A stretch of 64,000 nucleotides of DNA from a virus (taxonomy: Duplodnaviria; Caudoviricetes). How positions within the stretch are numbered: position 1 is the first letter of the stretch; every line of letters starts with the position of its first letter. Positions 46,565-55,285 of the stretch are shown one piece after another. The DNA lies in the IMG/VR virus record IMGVR_UViG_3300032227_001172, positions 96,001 through 160,000 of that record; one strand, written 5' to 3'. The notes beneath the pieces are model-generated. The model worked only from the letters and a program-made list of their open reading frames with translations. It did no database searches and was not told where the DNA came from. The position numbers and the translations under genes were made by a program.

Positions 46565-47153
46565 ATTCCTTTTTCCAACTTTTATACCAGTAATGAACGC
46601 CATATGAATTAGGAAAATGATTTGCTGGTTTTTTAGACTCAAACCATAAAAATGGATAAAAATATTTTCTAGGCACTATGATTAAATTTTTTCTATCATA
46701 ATCAATAAGTGATTTTGTAAACCATTCTGGCCCCCAAGGAGGCGGTTTATCTATATATTCAGGAAGAATGTCTAGCATAAATTTTAACCAAGGATGTTTT
46801 GGCACTGCTCCAAAAATAGCGCTATTATAAAATTCTGAAGTCGGCTTTGGAATAAAAGCATCATAAGTAAGAAAAGTATTTAATGATTTGTTCCAATCAA
46901 AGTCAGTGTCAGCATAAATGCCGCCATATTCATATATGATATATGATCTCAAAACGTTAGATTTGCTAGAAAAAGTCAAAGTTTGATCTAAAAAATCAAC
47001 AATATAAGGATCAATATTTTCTAAATCATTATCTGTCCAAAGCTTATATTCCCAATCTGGATGTAATTTTTTCCAGTTATTACAGTAAGTAATAAATTCT
47101 TCTGGTATTTGCTTTTTACCTAACCAAATATTATGAAATATTTTAGGTATCAT
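46539..47153 (-). CDS. GT32-like (OCH1/Gly_transf_sug) glycosyltransferase
   Basis: MIPKIFHNIWLG, GGIYADTD and GP..FT motifs. Start at 47153 (ATGA overlap). Confidence 0.85.
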   Translation of the reverse strand: MIPKIFHNIWLGKKQIPEEFITYCNNWKKLHPDWEYKLWTDNDLENIDPYIVDFLDQTLTFSSKSNVLRSYIIYEYGGIYADTDFDWNKSLNTFLTYDAFIPKPTSEFYNSAIFGAVPKHPWLKFMLDILPEYIDKPPPWGPEWFTKSLIDYDRKNLIIVPRKYFYPFLWFESKKPANHFPNSYGVHYWYKSWKKEYADIIDNN

Positions 47154-47746
47154 TCTCTTCTCCAAGACTTATCCCAAAAATGTACAGCATATGAATTTGG
47201 AAAAAATGATGCTGGTTTGCGTTGTTCTGTCCATAAGTATGGATAAAAAGATTTTCTAGGAAGTATTGTTATATTCTTTTGGTCTAGCACTTCATATAAA
47301 CAATCTGTTATTAATTGTGGACCCCAAGGAGGGGGAGGATTGTCAACGTATTTTTCTAAGTTATCTAACATAAGTTTGCATATTGGGTGTTTTGGGACAG
47401 CTCCAAAAATAGCATTATTATATAGATCAGAAGTTGGCTTTGGAATAAAAGCTAAATTGTTTAATAAGGGATCTAATGATTTATTCCAATCAAAATCTGT
47501 GTCAGCATATACGCCACCGTATTTATAAATAGCATAAATTCTCAAAACGTCTGACTTGGAGGCAAAGGTTATTGCTCTATTAATAAAGTCAACAATATAA
47601 GAATCTAGATTTTTAAGATCATCGTCTGTCCATAATCTATATTCCCAATCTGGGTGTAGTTTTTTCCAGTTGTCATGATAAACTAGAAATTCCTTTGGTA
47701 TCTTTTTTTGTCCGAGCCAAATATTGTGAAATATTTTTGGTATCAT
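47150..47746 (-). CDS. GT32-like glycosyltransferase, tandem paralogue
   Basis: MIPKIFHNIWLG, KSDVLR and GGVYADTD motifs. Confidence 0.85.
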   Translation of the reverse strand: MIPKIFHNIWLGQKKIPKEFLVYHDNWKKLHPDWEYRLWTDDDLKNLDSYIVDFINRAITFASKSDVLRIYAIYKYGGVYADTDFDWNKSLDPLLNNLAFIPKPTSDLYNNAIFGAVPKHPICKLMLDNLEKYVDNPPPPWGPQLITDCLYEVLDQKNITILPRKSFYPYLWTEQRKPASFFPNSYAVHFWDKSWRRE

Positions 47747-48372
47747 TGTTCCGATCTTTTGAACAAATCCATACCAGTTTGTTTCTGATAGTCAGCGGCA
47801 TATTTACTTAGTGTTAGATTAAAATAATGAGGAAATATAGTTTGAACATCTTCATTAGAAGATAAACCTAAAGACTGCATAATACTTTGAAAGTAAGCTT
47901 TGTCATCAATAAATCGAGAATAATCCACACGAATAATGTTCCAATCTTTGCAACTTTCTATAAAATTTAGTTTTAGGTTTTCAAGTTGAGCATATTCCTC
48001 AGTTGATATTTCTTCAATTAAATCATCATTCAGTTGTTCTATTGGATAGTCTACTACAATTAATGTTCCTTTTGGCATATATTGACTAAAGTATTTAGAA
48101 ATTAATAAATCTAAAATATTACAAGAGGCTTTGTTATTCCAGTTTGTATTACTCATGAAAAATCTTAATTCATTTTCAGTAGGTTCATCCAATGTTATCT
48201 GATTGTTGCCATTAAGATATGGTCTATAAAAATCTTCAAACCAAGTGCTATTTGTGTAAAAGAAATAATCATTTTCATTTTCAATATCATTAAAATATAC
48301 TCCGCTCTTTTTTAATATATGAGCTAATACTTTTGCTTGAGTGCTATGATTACTAATAATTTGATAATACAT
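47743..48372 (-). CDS. Hypothetical protein, degenerate sulfotransferase-like
   Basis: Start moved to 48372 (AAGGA RBS). IISNHSTQAKVLAHILKKSGVYF and IIRVDYSRF resemble the sulfotransferase fold, but the PAPS loop is not canonical. Confidence 0.4.
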   Translation of the reverse strand: MYYQIISNHSTQAKVLAHILKKSGVYFNDIENENDYFFYTNSTWFEDFYRPYLNGNNQITLDEPTENELRFFMSNTNWNNKASCNILDLLISKYFSQYMPKGTLIVVDYPIEQLNDDLIEEISTEEYAQLENLKLNFIESCKDWNIIRVDYSRFIDDKAYFQSIMQSLGLSSNEDVQTIFPHYFNLTLSKYAADYQKQTGMDLFKRSEQ

Positions 48373-48389
48373 TGATATTTTCCTTAGTA

Positions 48390-49736
48390 TTAAGTAGAAG
48401 ATATGGTGTGTATAAAAGTTGTATTTGCAATTTTTGCATTTGTCCACTCATTCCCATCAGGCGCGTTATCATAATCACGAAACTTAAGAACACCACTTAT
48501 AGAATCATTATTAAGATTAATTCCACTAACAGCCAAACTATTTACACCATCGGTTGTACCTATAGAAATATCACTATTGGCTTCTGTTTTATAGCCATGA
48601 ACGTATTGTCGCACAAATATAGGGCTTAGTGTTTCACTACTAACTCCTGTACTCCTAACGTTTAGAGTTTGATTAACTGCATTACCTATATTTCTAGTAT
48701 TTATTGTACCAGATCCAGAATAAGCTTCATTAAAATTAGAAAGCGCGGTGCCGCTATCCGCTGGCGTAGTCATATTATAGCTTGTAACTGAATCATAACT
48801 AAATTTTTTACAACTTACTCTTCCCAAGAAATCATTATTTGTTCCATTAAGATCAGACCAATAGATATCATCTATATAAGTTGTCCATCCAAGAGAAGCA
48901 GAACTAGCATTTGCAGCAGCATTATGGCCCCAAAATATTCCAAAAGCAACTCTAGAGCAAAGACTATTATCTTGAGTACTAGTTCTAACATTGGAGGCAT
49001 TTATATCTAAAGATGAATCACTACTATTTCTATTAAGCTTAACTTGTATGCTACCAGAAGTTCCCGTATTATCAAGAACAAATTTTATTTCAATATAATT
49101 CCAGGCATTTTCTGTAACTAGACTTGTTGTTGAGCCTAGTAATATAAATTTATTAAGATCAATAGCGCTATTGCTAGATGCTAAATTTCCTGTAGTACAC
49201 CCAGCACCCGAAATATTTGATATTACTGAAATGAAATAATTATAGTAAGCAACAGTACAACGATAGCCATTAAAATTATTAGGAGCTGGAGCAGTAAACC
49301 AAGCATATTGAGAAGTATTATTACCACTGGTGCCGCCAGCACTAATGCCCGTTACCCATCTTCTAACTTGTAATTGTAAATTACTATTTATTCCAACAAA
49401 AAAATGAGGCTTACCACTAGCGTCACAAAACGCCGCTATTGGAGTAAAATTAGCCCAATTACCAGCAGCTGGCTTAGTAGCATACCAAGCAAAACCAACG
49501 ACAGAAGAATTATATCCAACTTCATTTGGTGTTGATATCATGGCTTTTGGATAATACTCTATGCCACCAGCGGCACTACTAACTAATTTTAAACAGCTAC
49601 CATTATTTCTTGGGGTAGCTGTTCCATCACTACTATTAAGTATAGTAGCAGTTTGATAGTTGTCTAGTCCAACAAAATTTTTTACAGCAGCAAAACTACT
49701 ATAATTTTCAAAACCTTCATATGTTATAATTGTCAT
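48390..49736 (-). CDS. Concanavalin-like virion protein, distant paralogue of 13574..16036
   Basis: N-terminal EGFE, WNYIEIK, IDDIYWSD..G.NNDFLG, C-terminal PDGNEWT. Confidence 0.65.
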   Translation of the reverse strand: MTIITYEGFENYSSFAAVKNFVGLDNYQTATILNSSDGTATPRNNGSCLKLVSSAAGGIEYYPKAMISTPNEVGYNSSVVGFAWYATKPAAGNWANFTPIAAFCDASGKPHFFVGINSNLQLQVRRWVTGISAGGTSGNNTSQYAWFTAPAPNNFNGYRCTVAYYNYFISVISNISGAGCTTGNLASSNSAIDLNKFILLGSTTSLVTENAWNYIEIKFVLDNTGTSGSIQVKLNRNSSDSSLDINASNVRTSTQDNSLCSRVAFGIFWGHNAAANASSASLGWTTYIDDIYWSDLNGTNNDFLGRVSCKKFSYDSVTSYNMTTPADSGTALSNFNEAYSGSGTINTRNIGNAVNQTLNVRSTGVSSETLSPIFVRQYVHGYKTEANSDISIGTTDGVNSLAVSGINLNNDSISGVLKFRDYDNAPDGNEWTNAKIANTTFIHTISST

Positions 49737-49767
49737 TTAATTATCCCTTTATAGTAATTGGTTGATT

Positions 49768-49783
49768 TAATAATTAATACACC
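49768..49783 (-). promoter_or_regulatory. Candidate late promoter GGTGTATTAATTATTA
   Basis: Identical to 42330..42345; ~35 nt upstream of 49736. Confidence 0.65.
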
Positions 49784-49794
49784 ATTTGCAGTAG

Positions 49795-50382
49795 TTAGAT
49801 AGCTATGGGATCGATATGCAAAGAACTCAAATAACCATTTGCTAACACAGCATTTGGAAATTCAGCTTCGCTAATTGTGTCATTGACTCTTAAGGTACTC
49901 AAATAGCCATTGGTCAATGCGACGTTAGGGAATTCGCTGTCGCTAATATTGTCAGTTCTTAGAGAGCTAAGGAATCCGTTTGCTAGGCTTAATGGGCTGA
50001 TCGGAGCGCCCGTTGTGGTTGTAGTAGTTGTTGTGGTAGTAGGAGCGACTGTAGTTGTTGTGGTCGTGGTCGTAGGAGCGACAGTAGTAGTTGTGGTGGT
50101 CGTAGTAGGAGCAGCGGTTGTTGTAGTGGTGGTAGTTGTAGTTGTGGTGGTTGTGGTAGTAGTTGTTCCTGACGAACTAATAGAAACCTCACAAATCTTA
50201 TTATTATCGTTAATAAAATTTAATCTATAAGTTCCATAAACATCATTACCTTCTCTATCGTATGGCAGGGTTTGTGATCCTAAATCAATAGGAGTAGACG
50301 GATCATTTAATGAATAAAAAGTTACAATTGCTGTATGACCAGTATAATTACCAGAAGATGATATTATTTGAATTATTGCCAT
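49795..50382 (-). CDS. Poly-Thr (mucin-like) linker protein
   Basis: T16-AAP-T8-VAP-T8-VAP-T10 between an N-terminal beta domain and three LxNG[FY]LS[ST]L repeats. Confidence 0.75.
   Translation of the reverse strand: MAIIQIISSSGNYTGHTAIVTFYSLNDPSTPIDLGSQTLPYDREGNDVYGTYRLNFINDNNKICEVSISSSGTTTTTTTTTTTTTTTTTAAPTTTTTTTTVAPTTTTTTTTVAPTTTTTTTTTTGAPISPLSLANGFLSSLRTDNISDSEFPNVALTNGYLSTLRVNDTISEAEFPNAVLANGYLSSLHIDPIAI
50011..50167. repeat. Low-complexity ACN-codon tract with 33-nt periodicity
   Basis: (GTN)n on the plus strand, encoding 42 Thr. Confidence 0.9.
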
Positions 50383-50400
50383 GTGTTTGTCTCATTAAAG

Positions 50401-51453
50401 TTAAGGAATATAGTCAAAATTAATAGTAAAAGCAGACATAGCATAGGAAGATGTATTATTTGCTTCAAAATTATTTTTAATAGATAAAGCATCTGATGAA
50501 TTTAATCCACTAACACTACCTCCATTAACTACTATTTCTGCTAAATAGTTATCTATAGTACCATAACTTTCGAATATTTCTAAAGATGAAGGTATACCAG
50601 CATTAGCGTCTCCTTCAACAGTAGCATCCCACTGTGATACTGTTTGATTAGTATCAGGATCATTTAAATCATCAAGAAGTGTAGATTCTTGTGGTACTAA
50701 ATTTATAATATCTGACATATTAGTATCTGATAATGCTGTAGCAGCGGTGATGTCTATCGCTTGAAGATCACACTCTGGATCAGTCTGTATTCTAAAATCA
50801 TTATCTAAACTTAATATTCCTAAATTAGCTGTTTCAAAATTAGCTCTTGTTAAACCATAGGGCTGTGCTGCTACACCAAAACCATCCCATGTTGATCCAT
50901 CTCCGCCATTCCAATATCCTCCTGAATCTGCTATTCTTCTTAAAACAACAGTTAAAGCTCCTCCAAGCTTAACAATATTACGAATACGATTCCACTTCAT
51001 CTCAAAATTAAGATACTGATTTATGCCAGCGCCTAGTTTGAGTATAGAAATAGATATGGGACCAGCAACAACATATGCGGTATTAGTATACGTAGTTGAA
51101 ACATTATTATGTACTACTCTTATACTAGCTATAGCTTTACCAGGACTAAGATTTTTGTTAGTATAATAAACTTGAAGTTTGACTCTTGCTACTGTCTCAA
51201 TACTTAATAATAATAATTCTTTACCCTCTGTTCCTACTTTATTATCTCCCCATTTAGCCAAAAATTTACCAGCTGTATAATTATTAGGATTTAAAGATTG
51301 AGCTTGTCTAATATATAAATGAGGATCACCCCATCCTCCAACATTCATAGCAGCTAATTCCTGAATATTATCTGCTTTTCTAACAATGATTCTATTAGTA
51401 TTTCTATTAATAAATAATCTACCACTACTACCAAAGCCGAAAAAAGATCTCAT
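50401..51453 (-). CDS. Hypothetical protein with VWD-like GDPH motif
   Basis: GGWGDPHL at aa 39-46 followed by a beta-rich domain and an acidic C-terminal region. Confidence 0.6.
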   Translation of the reverse strand: MRSFFGFGSSGRLFINRNTNRIIVRKADNIQELAAMNVGGWGDPHLYIRQAQSLNPNNYTAGKFLAKWGDNKVGTEGKELLLLSIETVARVKLQVYYTNKNLSPGKAIASIRVVHNNVSTTYTNTAYVVAGPISISILKLGAGINQYLNFEMKWNRIRNIVKLGGALTVVLRRIADSGGYWNGGDGSTWDGFGVAAQPYGLTRANFETANLGILSLDNDFRIQTDPECDLQAIDITAATALSDTNMSDIINLVPQESTLLDDLNDPDTNQTVSQWDATVEGDANAGIPSSLEIFESYGTIDNYLAEIVVNGGSVSGLNSSDALSIKNNFEANNTSSYAMSAFTINFDYIP

Positions 51454-51475
51454 AGTTTATGTATCCTTATATGAA

Positions 51476-53353
51476 TTATGGTGTTCCGCCGTCAATGACG
51501 CAGTAATACAGGGTTGTTGGACTAGCTGCACTGGTACCGCTGATACTACTTAATCCAGCTATAATATTTGTTGACGACCCAAGATTCACAACCGTACTAC
51601 CAATAGTTACTCCACTGCTGGCTAGTTTAGAAACTGCGATAGCTGCGTTGCTAGCAATATCAGAGTTTGTAATACTATTCGAAAGATTTAATTTACTATA
51701 AGAGATAGCAGCAGAGCTGTTGATGTCTGCATTGACAATAGTATCATTAGCAATCATGGTGCTAGTAACTGTTCCAGTATCGGTTGTATAGACTCCATTA
51801 CTTACAGTTGCTGCATTACCACTTAATGATCCAATAAAACTACCACTAGTATAAATATTTCCGCCAGTCAATTCCCATCTATTCGACGAGGTATTCCAGA
51901 TAAGGGACTTTGTATCACTTCCTGTATAAACTTCCATACCTCCAGTATTAAGACCACTAGTATTAACTCTAATAATATTATCACCAATCTCTACAGTAGT
52001 ACTATTAACTGTTGTTGTGGTTCCTTGAACAACTAGATTACCACCAACAGTAATATTACCAGTAGTAGTAATAGAATTAATAGATGTTATACTCTTATTG
52101 GCATCGAGAACCAACGCCCTATTAGCACTAGCTGTACCGGCACTAACTCCAGAGAGATAGGCTAGCTCATTAAGAGTTGCTCTAGTTGAAGCATCTGTAA
52201 TATTGTTCCAAACATGAGTATGTCCAATAAGGGATACTCCTGTTGTATCAATATACATAATATCGTTGACACTATCATAAGATAAAGCAACGCCTGTTCT
52301 TCCTATAACCTGTGTTGTAGCAACATTACCCAAATCAGTAATTAAAGAGCTAGGAATACCAGTAACACTAATTGTTTGAACTCCAAGGTTATTAGCTATA
52401 CCTATTCCAGTACCTTGAACCAAGCTCTTAACATCTAACAAGCCACTAACAGAGCTATTAAAATCAGTAATATTAGAACTTATGTGAGAGTGTCCACTCA
52501 AACTAACGCCCGTATTATTTACTGTCAATATATTAAAATTACCAGTTCCACTAGGAATTGTTACTGATCCTGTAAATATAGCTCCTGCCAAAGAAGCTTT
52601 CAGATTAAGACCAGACTGAGTTGCGATACTTATGGGTTTGTCTGTATCACTAGTATTATCAACATTGCCTAATCCTACCATACTCTTAGTAATACCATTT
52701 ACAGTACCGGTAAAAGTTGGACTATTAAGAGGAGCGTAAATACCACTAACTAAACCGCTAACAGCAGTATTAAAGTCTGTAACATCAGTAGATTGAATAG
52801 AAGGATCACTTAAGCTAACTGTAACAATTTTAGAAGTATTATTATAACTAACTGCTACTCCGCTAACACCGCTAATAGTAGATCCAATAACGTCTTTTAC
52901 AGCATTAGTATCTAACCCGTCAGTAGATATTACAAATCCTTTGTCTCCAGTTGGAGTAACTGATATATTGGTTCCAGCCACAAGACTTTTAACTGGTAAT
53001 AGCCCACTAACACTACTATTAAAGTCAGTAATTGCAGAAGATGTATGGGTATGGCCGGGTAGTGAAACGCCAGTAACAGATATGGTCAAGGCATTTGTTG
53101 AATCGCTATAAGATTTTTCAATATTAGAACCAGGAACTAATAGATCATTAACTCTATCATCCACTAGTTCATTTAACTCAGAAGGCAGAATAGCAGCATA
53201 GGCCAAAGAATTCCAAGCTGTTGTACCATCTCCTATCTTGAATTTTTTAGAATCTGTTTCATAACCTACTTCTCCAGCACTTAAAATAGGATTGACTGCG
53301 ACCCAGTCTGTTGCTATACTTCTACGAAACTGAATTTTGGTTTGAACTGGCAT
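51476..53353 (-). CDS. Fibre protein with Mtd-N-like N-terminus
   Basis: IQFRRS...W...NPILSAGEVGYETD, VGLGNVDNTSD.DKPIS, GNLVVQGTTTTVNST, three HxH motifs, C-terminal IDGGTP. Confidence 0.8.
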   Translation of the reverse strand: MPVQTKIQFRRSIATDWVAVNPILSAGEVGYETDSKKFKIGDGTTAWNSLAYAAILPSELNELVDDRVNDLLVPGSNIEKSYSDSTNALTISVTGVSLPGHTHTSSAITDFNSSVSGLLPVKSLVAGTNISVTPTGDKGFVISTDGLDTNAVKDVIGSTISGVSGVAVSYNNTSKIVTVSLSDPSIQSTDVTDFNTAVSGLVSGIYAPLNSPTFTGTVNGITKSMVGLGNVDNTSDTDKPISIATQSGLNLKASLAGAIFTGSVTIPSGTGNFNILTVNNTGVSLSGHSHISSNITDFNSSVSGLLDVKSLVQGTGIGIANNLGVQTISVTGIPSSLITDLGNVATTQVIGRTGVALSYDSVNDIMYIDTTGVSLIGHTHVWNNITDASTRATLNELAYLSGVSAGTASANRALVLDANKSITSINSITTTGNITVGGNLVVQGTTTTVNSTTVEIGDNIIRVNTSGLNTGGMEVYTGSDTKSLIWNTSSNRWELTGGNIYTSGSFIGSLSGNAATVSNGVYTTDTGTVTSTMIANDTIVNADINSSAAISYSKLNLSNSITNSDIASNAAIAVSKLASSGVTIGSTVVNLGSSTNIIAGLSSISGTSAASPTTLYYCVIDGGTP

Positions 53354-53376
53354 TATAAGGTCTCCATTAAAATATT

Positions 53377-53640
53377 TTAGGGTGTTCCACAGTCGAACTG
53401 GTATGAGTCTAAATAATCAGCTAATCCACTAATTCTATACACAGATAAATCTCCAATAATTTTATTCATAGGATAGGAATCTGGTAGATCGCTGAGTAGT
53501 ATTTTTTCAGTATTAATAACATCAATATTATATATTTCATATCTTTCTATTTCTACACTATTAATATTGTCAATATAACTAGTTTCTATTTCAACAATAT
53601 TAGTCTCTGTATCAACAATTTCAACAATAAAATCACTCAT
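53377..53640 (-). CDS. Small acidic fibre connector
   Basis: 87 aa, beta-strand-rich, ends FDCGTP; ATGA overlap with the adaptor gene. Confidence 0.55.
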   Translation of the reverse strand: MSDFIVEIVDTETNIVEIETSYIDNINSVEIERYEIYNIDVINTEKILLSDLPDSYPMNKIIGDLSVYRISGLADYLDSYQFDCGTP

Positions 53641-54044
53641 GTGTTGCAGTCTATGTTGGAAGAATTTTGACTATATCTCTTAACAACACTAACTGTGCCA
53701 AATAAAATTCTAGTAATGTACTTTCCTCCACCATTAGCATATAAATCATCTGGAGACTGTAACTCCAAATCATATTTAGCCGTATTGAAGGAAAATCCAT
53801 TTGTAGTTGAGGCAGGAATCAGTAGGGTAAGTTTTCCATTTAAATCATCTATTGTAAATTTATATACGCTATAATCAGTGTTTTCAGAATGAAAAGCCTG
53901 TGTAGCATTCAAATTAGTTTTCCAAATAAGTCTAGCACACCAGTTTGTTAAATTGATAGGGTTTCCATTCTGGTCTTTGTATATCCAGGATATTTTAAAT
54001 GATGTTCCTTGTTCGATAGCAAAGTCATATTTGCCTGCTGCCAT
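53637..54044 (-). CDS. Fibre adaptor/anchor (BppU-N/LtfC-like), paralogue of 32601..33032
   Basis: Same motifs as 32601..33032. Confidence 0.65.
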   Translation of the reverse strand: MAAGKYDFAIEQGTSFKISWIYKDQNGNPINLTNWCARLIWKTNLNATQAFHSENTDYSVYKFTIDDLNGKLTLLIPASTTNGFSFNTAKYDLELQSPDDLYANGGGKYITRILFGTVSVVKRYSQNSSNIDCNT

Positions 54045-54096
54045 TAGTTTATTCCCTTAAGGATATTCTAATCTATTAAAATAAGTAGAGTGTAAC

Positions 54097-54108
54097 TTAT
54101 TATACACC
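54097..54108 (-). promoter_or_regulatory. Candidate late promoter GGTGTATAATAA
   Basis: Downstream of the capsid terminator, ~55 nt before 54044. Confidence 0.6.
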
Positions 54109-54180
54109 TAAGTCTTCAGTAACAACATATCTGTATGTTTATAGTTTAGATTAGATGTTTACAATTATCGATAGTAGTAA

Positions 54181-54213
54181 AATAAAAAGAGCCACCGGCT
54201 AAGGCAGCTCTTC
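54181..54213 (-). terminator. Intrinsic terminator after the major capsid gene
   Basis: GAGCTGCC-TTAGCC-GGTGGCTC followed by TTTTTATT. Confidence 0.75.
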
Positions 54214-54248
54214 TTATTTTTAATAATAGTCTTAAGACTATTCTAATA

Positions 54249-55262
54249 TTATAGAGAACCGAGAATAACTCTTCTGTTATCGAGAACAGCAAAACCTTGC
54301 TCGGCCCAACCATAAAAACCAGCTCTCTTTTGACGATGAAGAGTATCATCTTCGAAGATTTGGACTGGTTCACGAACTGGCATAATGAAGCTATCGCGTC
54401 TACGAAGGTCAAGACCAACGACAATCTCTGTTGCGTGATTGGTTGGCATTGAAGCACTGAGTGTGCCCTCATAGAAGAGTTGATACTCTTGACCATCGCC
54501 TAGCTCATCAAGATCATGAAGATTAACACCGAATACTCTATTGATACTGCCGTCGGCAGCTGTATAGATTTCACGACGAGTAACTTCATCAACTTGATCA
54601 ACACCCCAGTTACGAATGTCTTCCATAGCTTCTGGAGAGACATAAAGGTCAGTTAACATACCTCTGTTATTACTAGCAGAGTTACCACCGCCGTTACGAC
54701 GCATAACGGTCTTCATCAAGCTAACGAGACGCTTGGTGAATTGACCTTCGGCAGCATCGCTGTCATAGACAACGATATTACGATCAACGCCAGCAGCCAA
54801 AATGGTGTGCCAGCCGTCGTCGTTCATCTTCTTAACAAAAGAAGCTTCGAGAACTTCCATTGCGCGACCCACAACGTCCCAACGAGCATCACGGGCATAC
54901 TTTAGAAGATAATCGATGCTAGCACCGATATCGAAAGTTGGTACCATGACGTAATCGCCTTCAACGTGGCGTTCTGGAATATAGCCGTGATTAGGAACAG
55001 TATAGGCAACAAAGTCCTTTTCTGTACCTGGGGCTAGAAAATCAAGTGGAAATTCTGGAGTTGCACTTTGAGCAAGTTGAATTGGCTCGAAAATGCCATC
55101 AAGAATATTACCACTAAGGATACCTTGACGAAGTGGCTGCTCTAGAGCTTTAGCAAATTCTGCGTTAGCAGCTAGAGAAGTCTCTCTGTGCTGTGAACCA
55201 GAACGGATCAAAAGATCTGTTAATTCTGGTGTTGGTTGGAAAACTTTGGTTTCTGCTGACAT
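54249..55262 (-). CDS. Major capsid protein (HK97-like fold)
   Basis: 337 aa after protease/scaffold and decoration genes. Strong GGGAGA RBS, distinct codon usage, terminator behind it, C-terminal GFYGWAEQGFAVLD. Confidence 0.85.
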   Translation of the reverse strand: MSAETKVFQPTPELTDLLIRSGSQHRETSLAANAEFAKALEQPLRQGILSGNILDGIFEPIQLAQSATPEFPLDFLAPGTEKDFVAYTVPNHGYIPERHVEGDYVMVPTFDIGASIDYLLKYARDARWDVVGRAMEVLEASFVKKMNDDGWHTILAAGVDRNIVVYDSDAAEGQFTKRLVSLMKTVMRRNGGGNSASNNRGMLTDLYVSPEAMEDIRNWGVDQVDEVTRREIYTAADGSINRVFGVNLHDLDELGDGQEYQLFYEGTLSASMPTNHATEIVVGLDLRRRDSFIMPVREPVQIFEDDTLHRQKRAGFYGWAEQGFAVLDNRRVILGSL

Positions 55263-55285
55263 GTTATTATTCTCCCTTTGTTTTA

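Noticed and set aside
49910-50230. Poly-Val plus-strand ORF and the 49989..50192 alternative frame
   Set aside because: By-products of the Thr-codon tract; no RBS or context support.
54045-54248. tRNA or ncRNA in the largest intergenic gaps (also 33576-33730)
   Set aside because: No cloverleaf seen; the gaps are explained by terminator and promoter elements.
54146-54496. 116-aa minus-strand ORF
   Set aside because: It overlaps the capsid gene out of frame and runs through its terminator.
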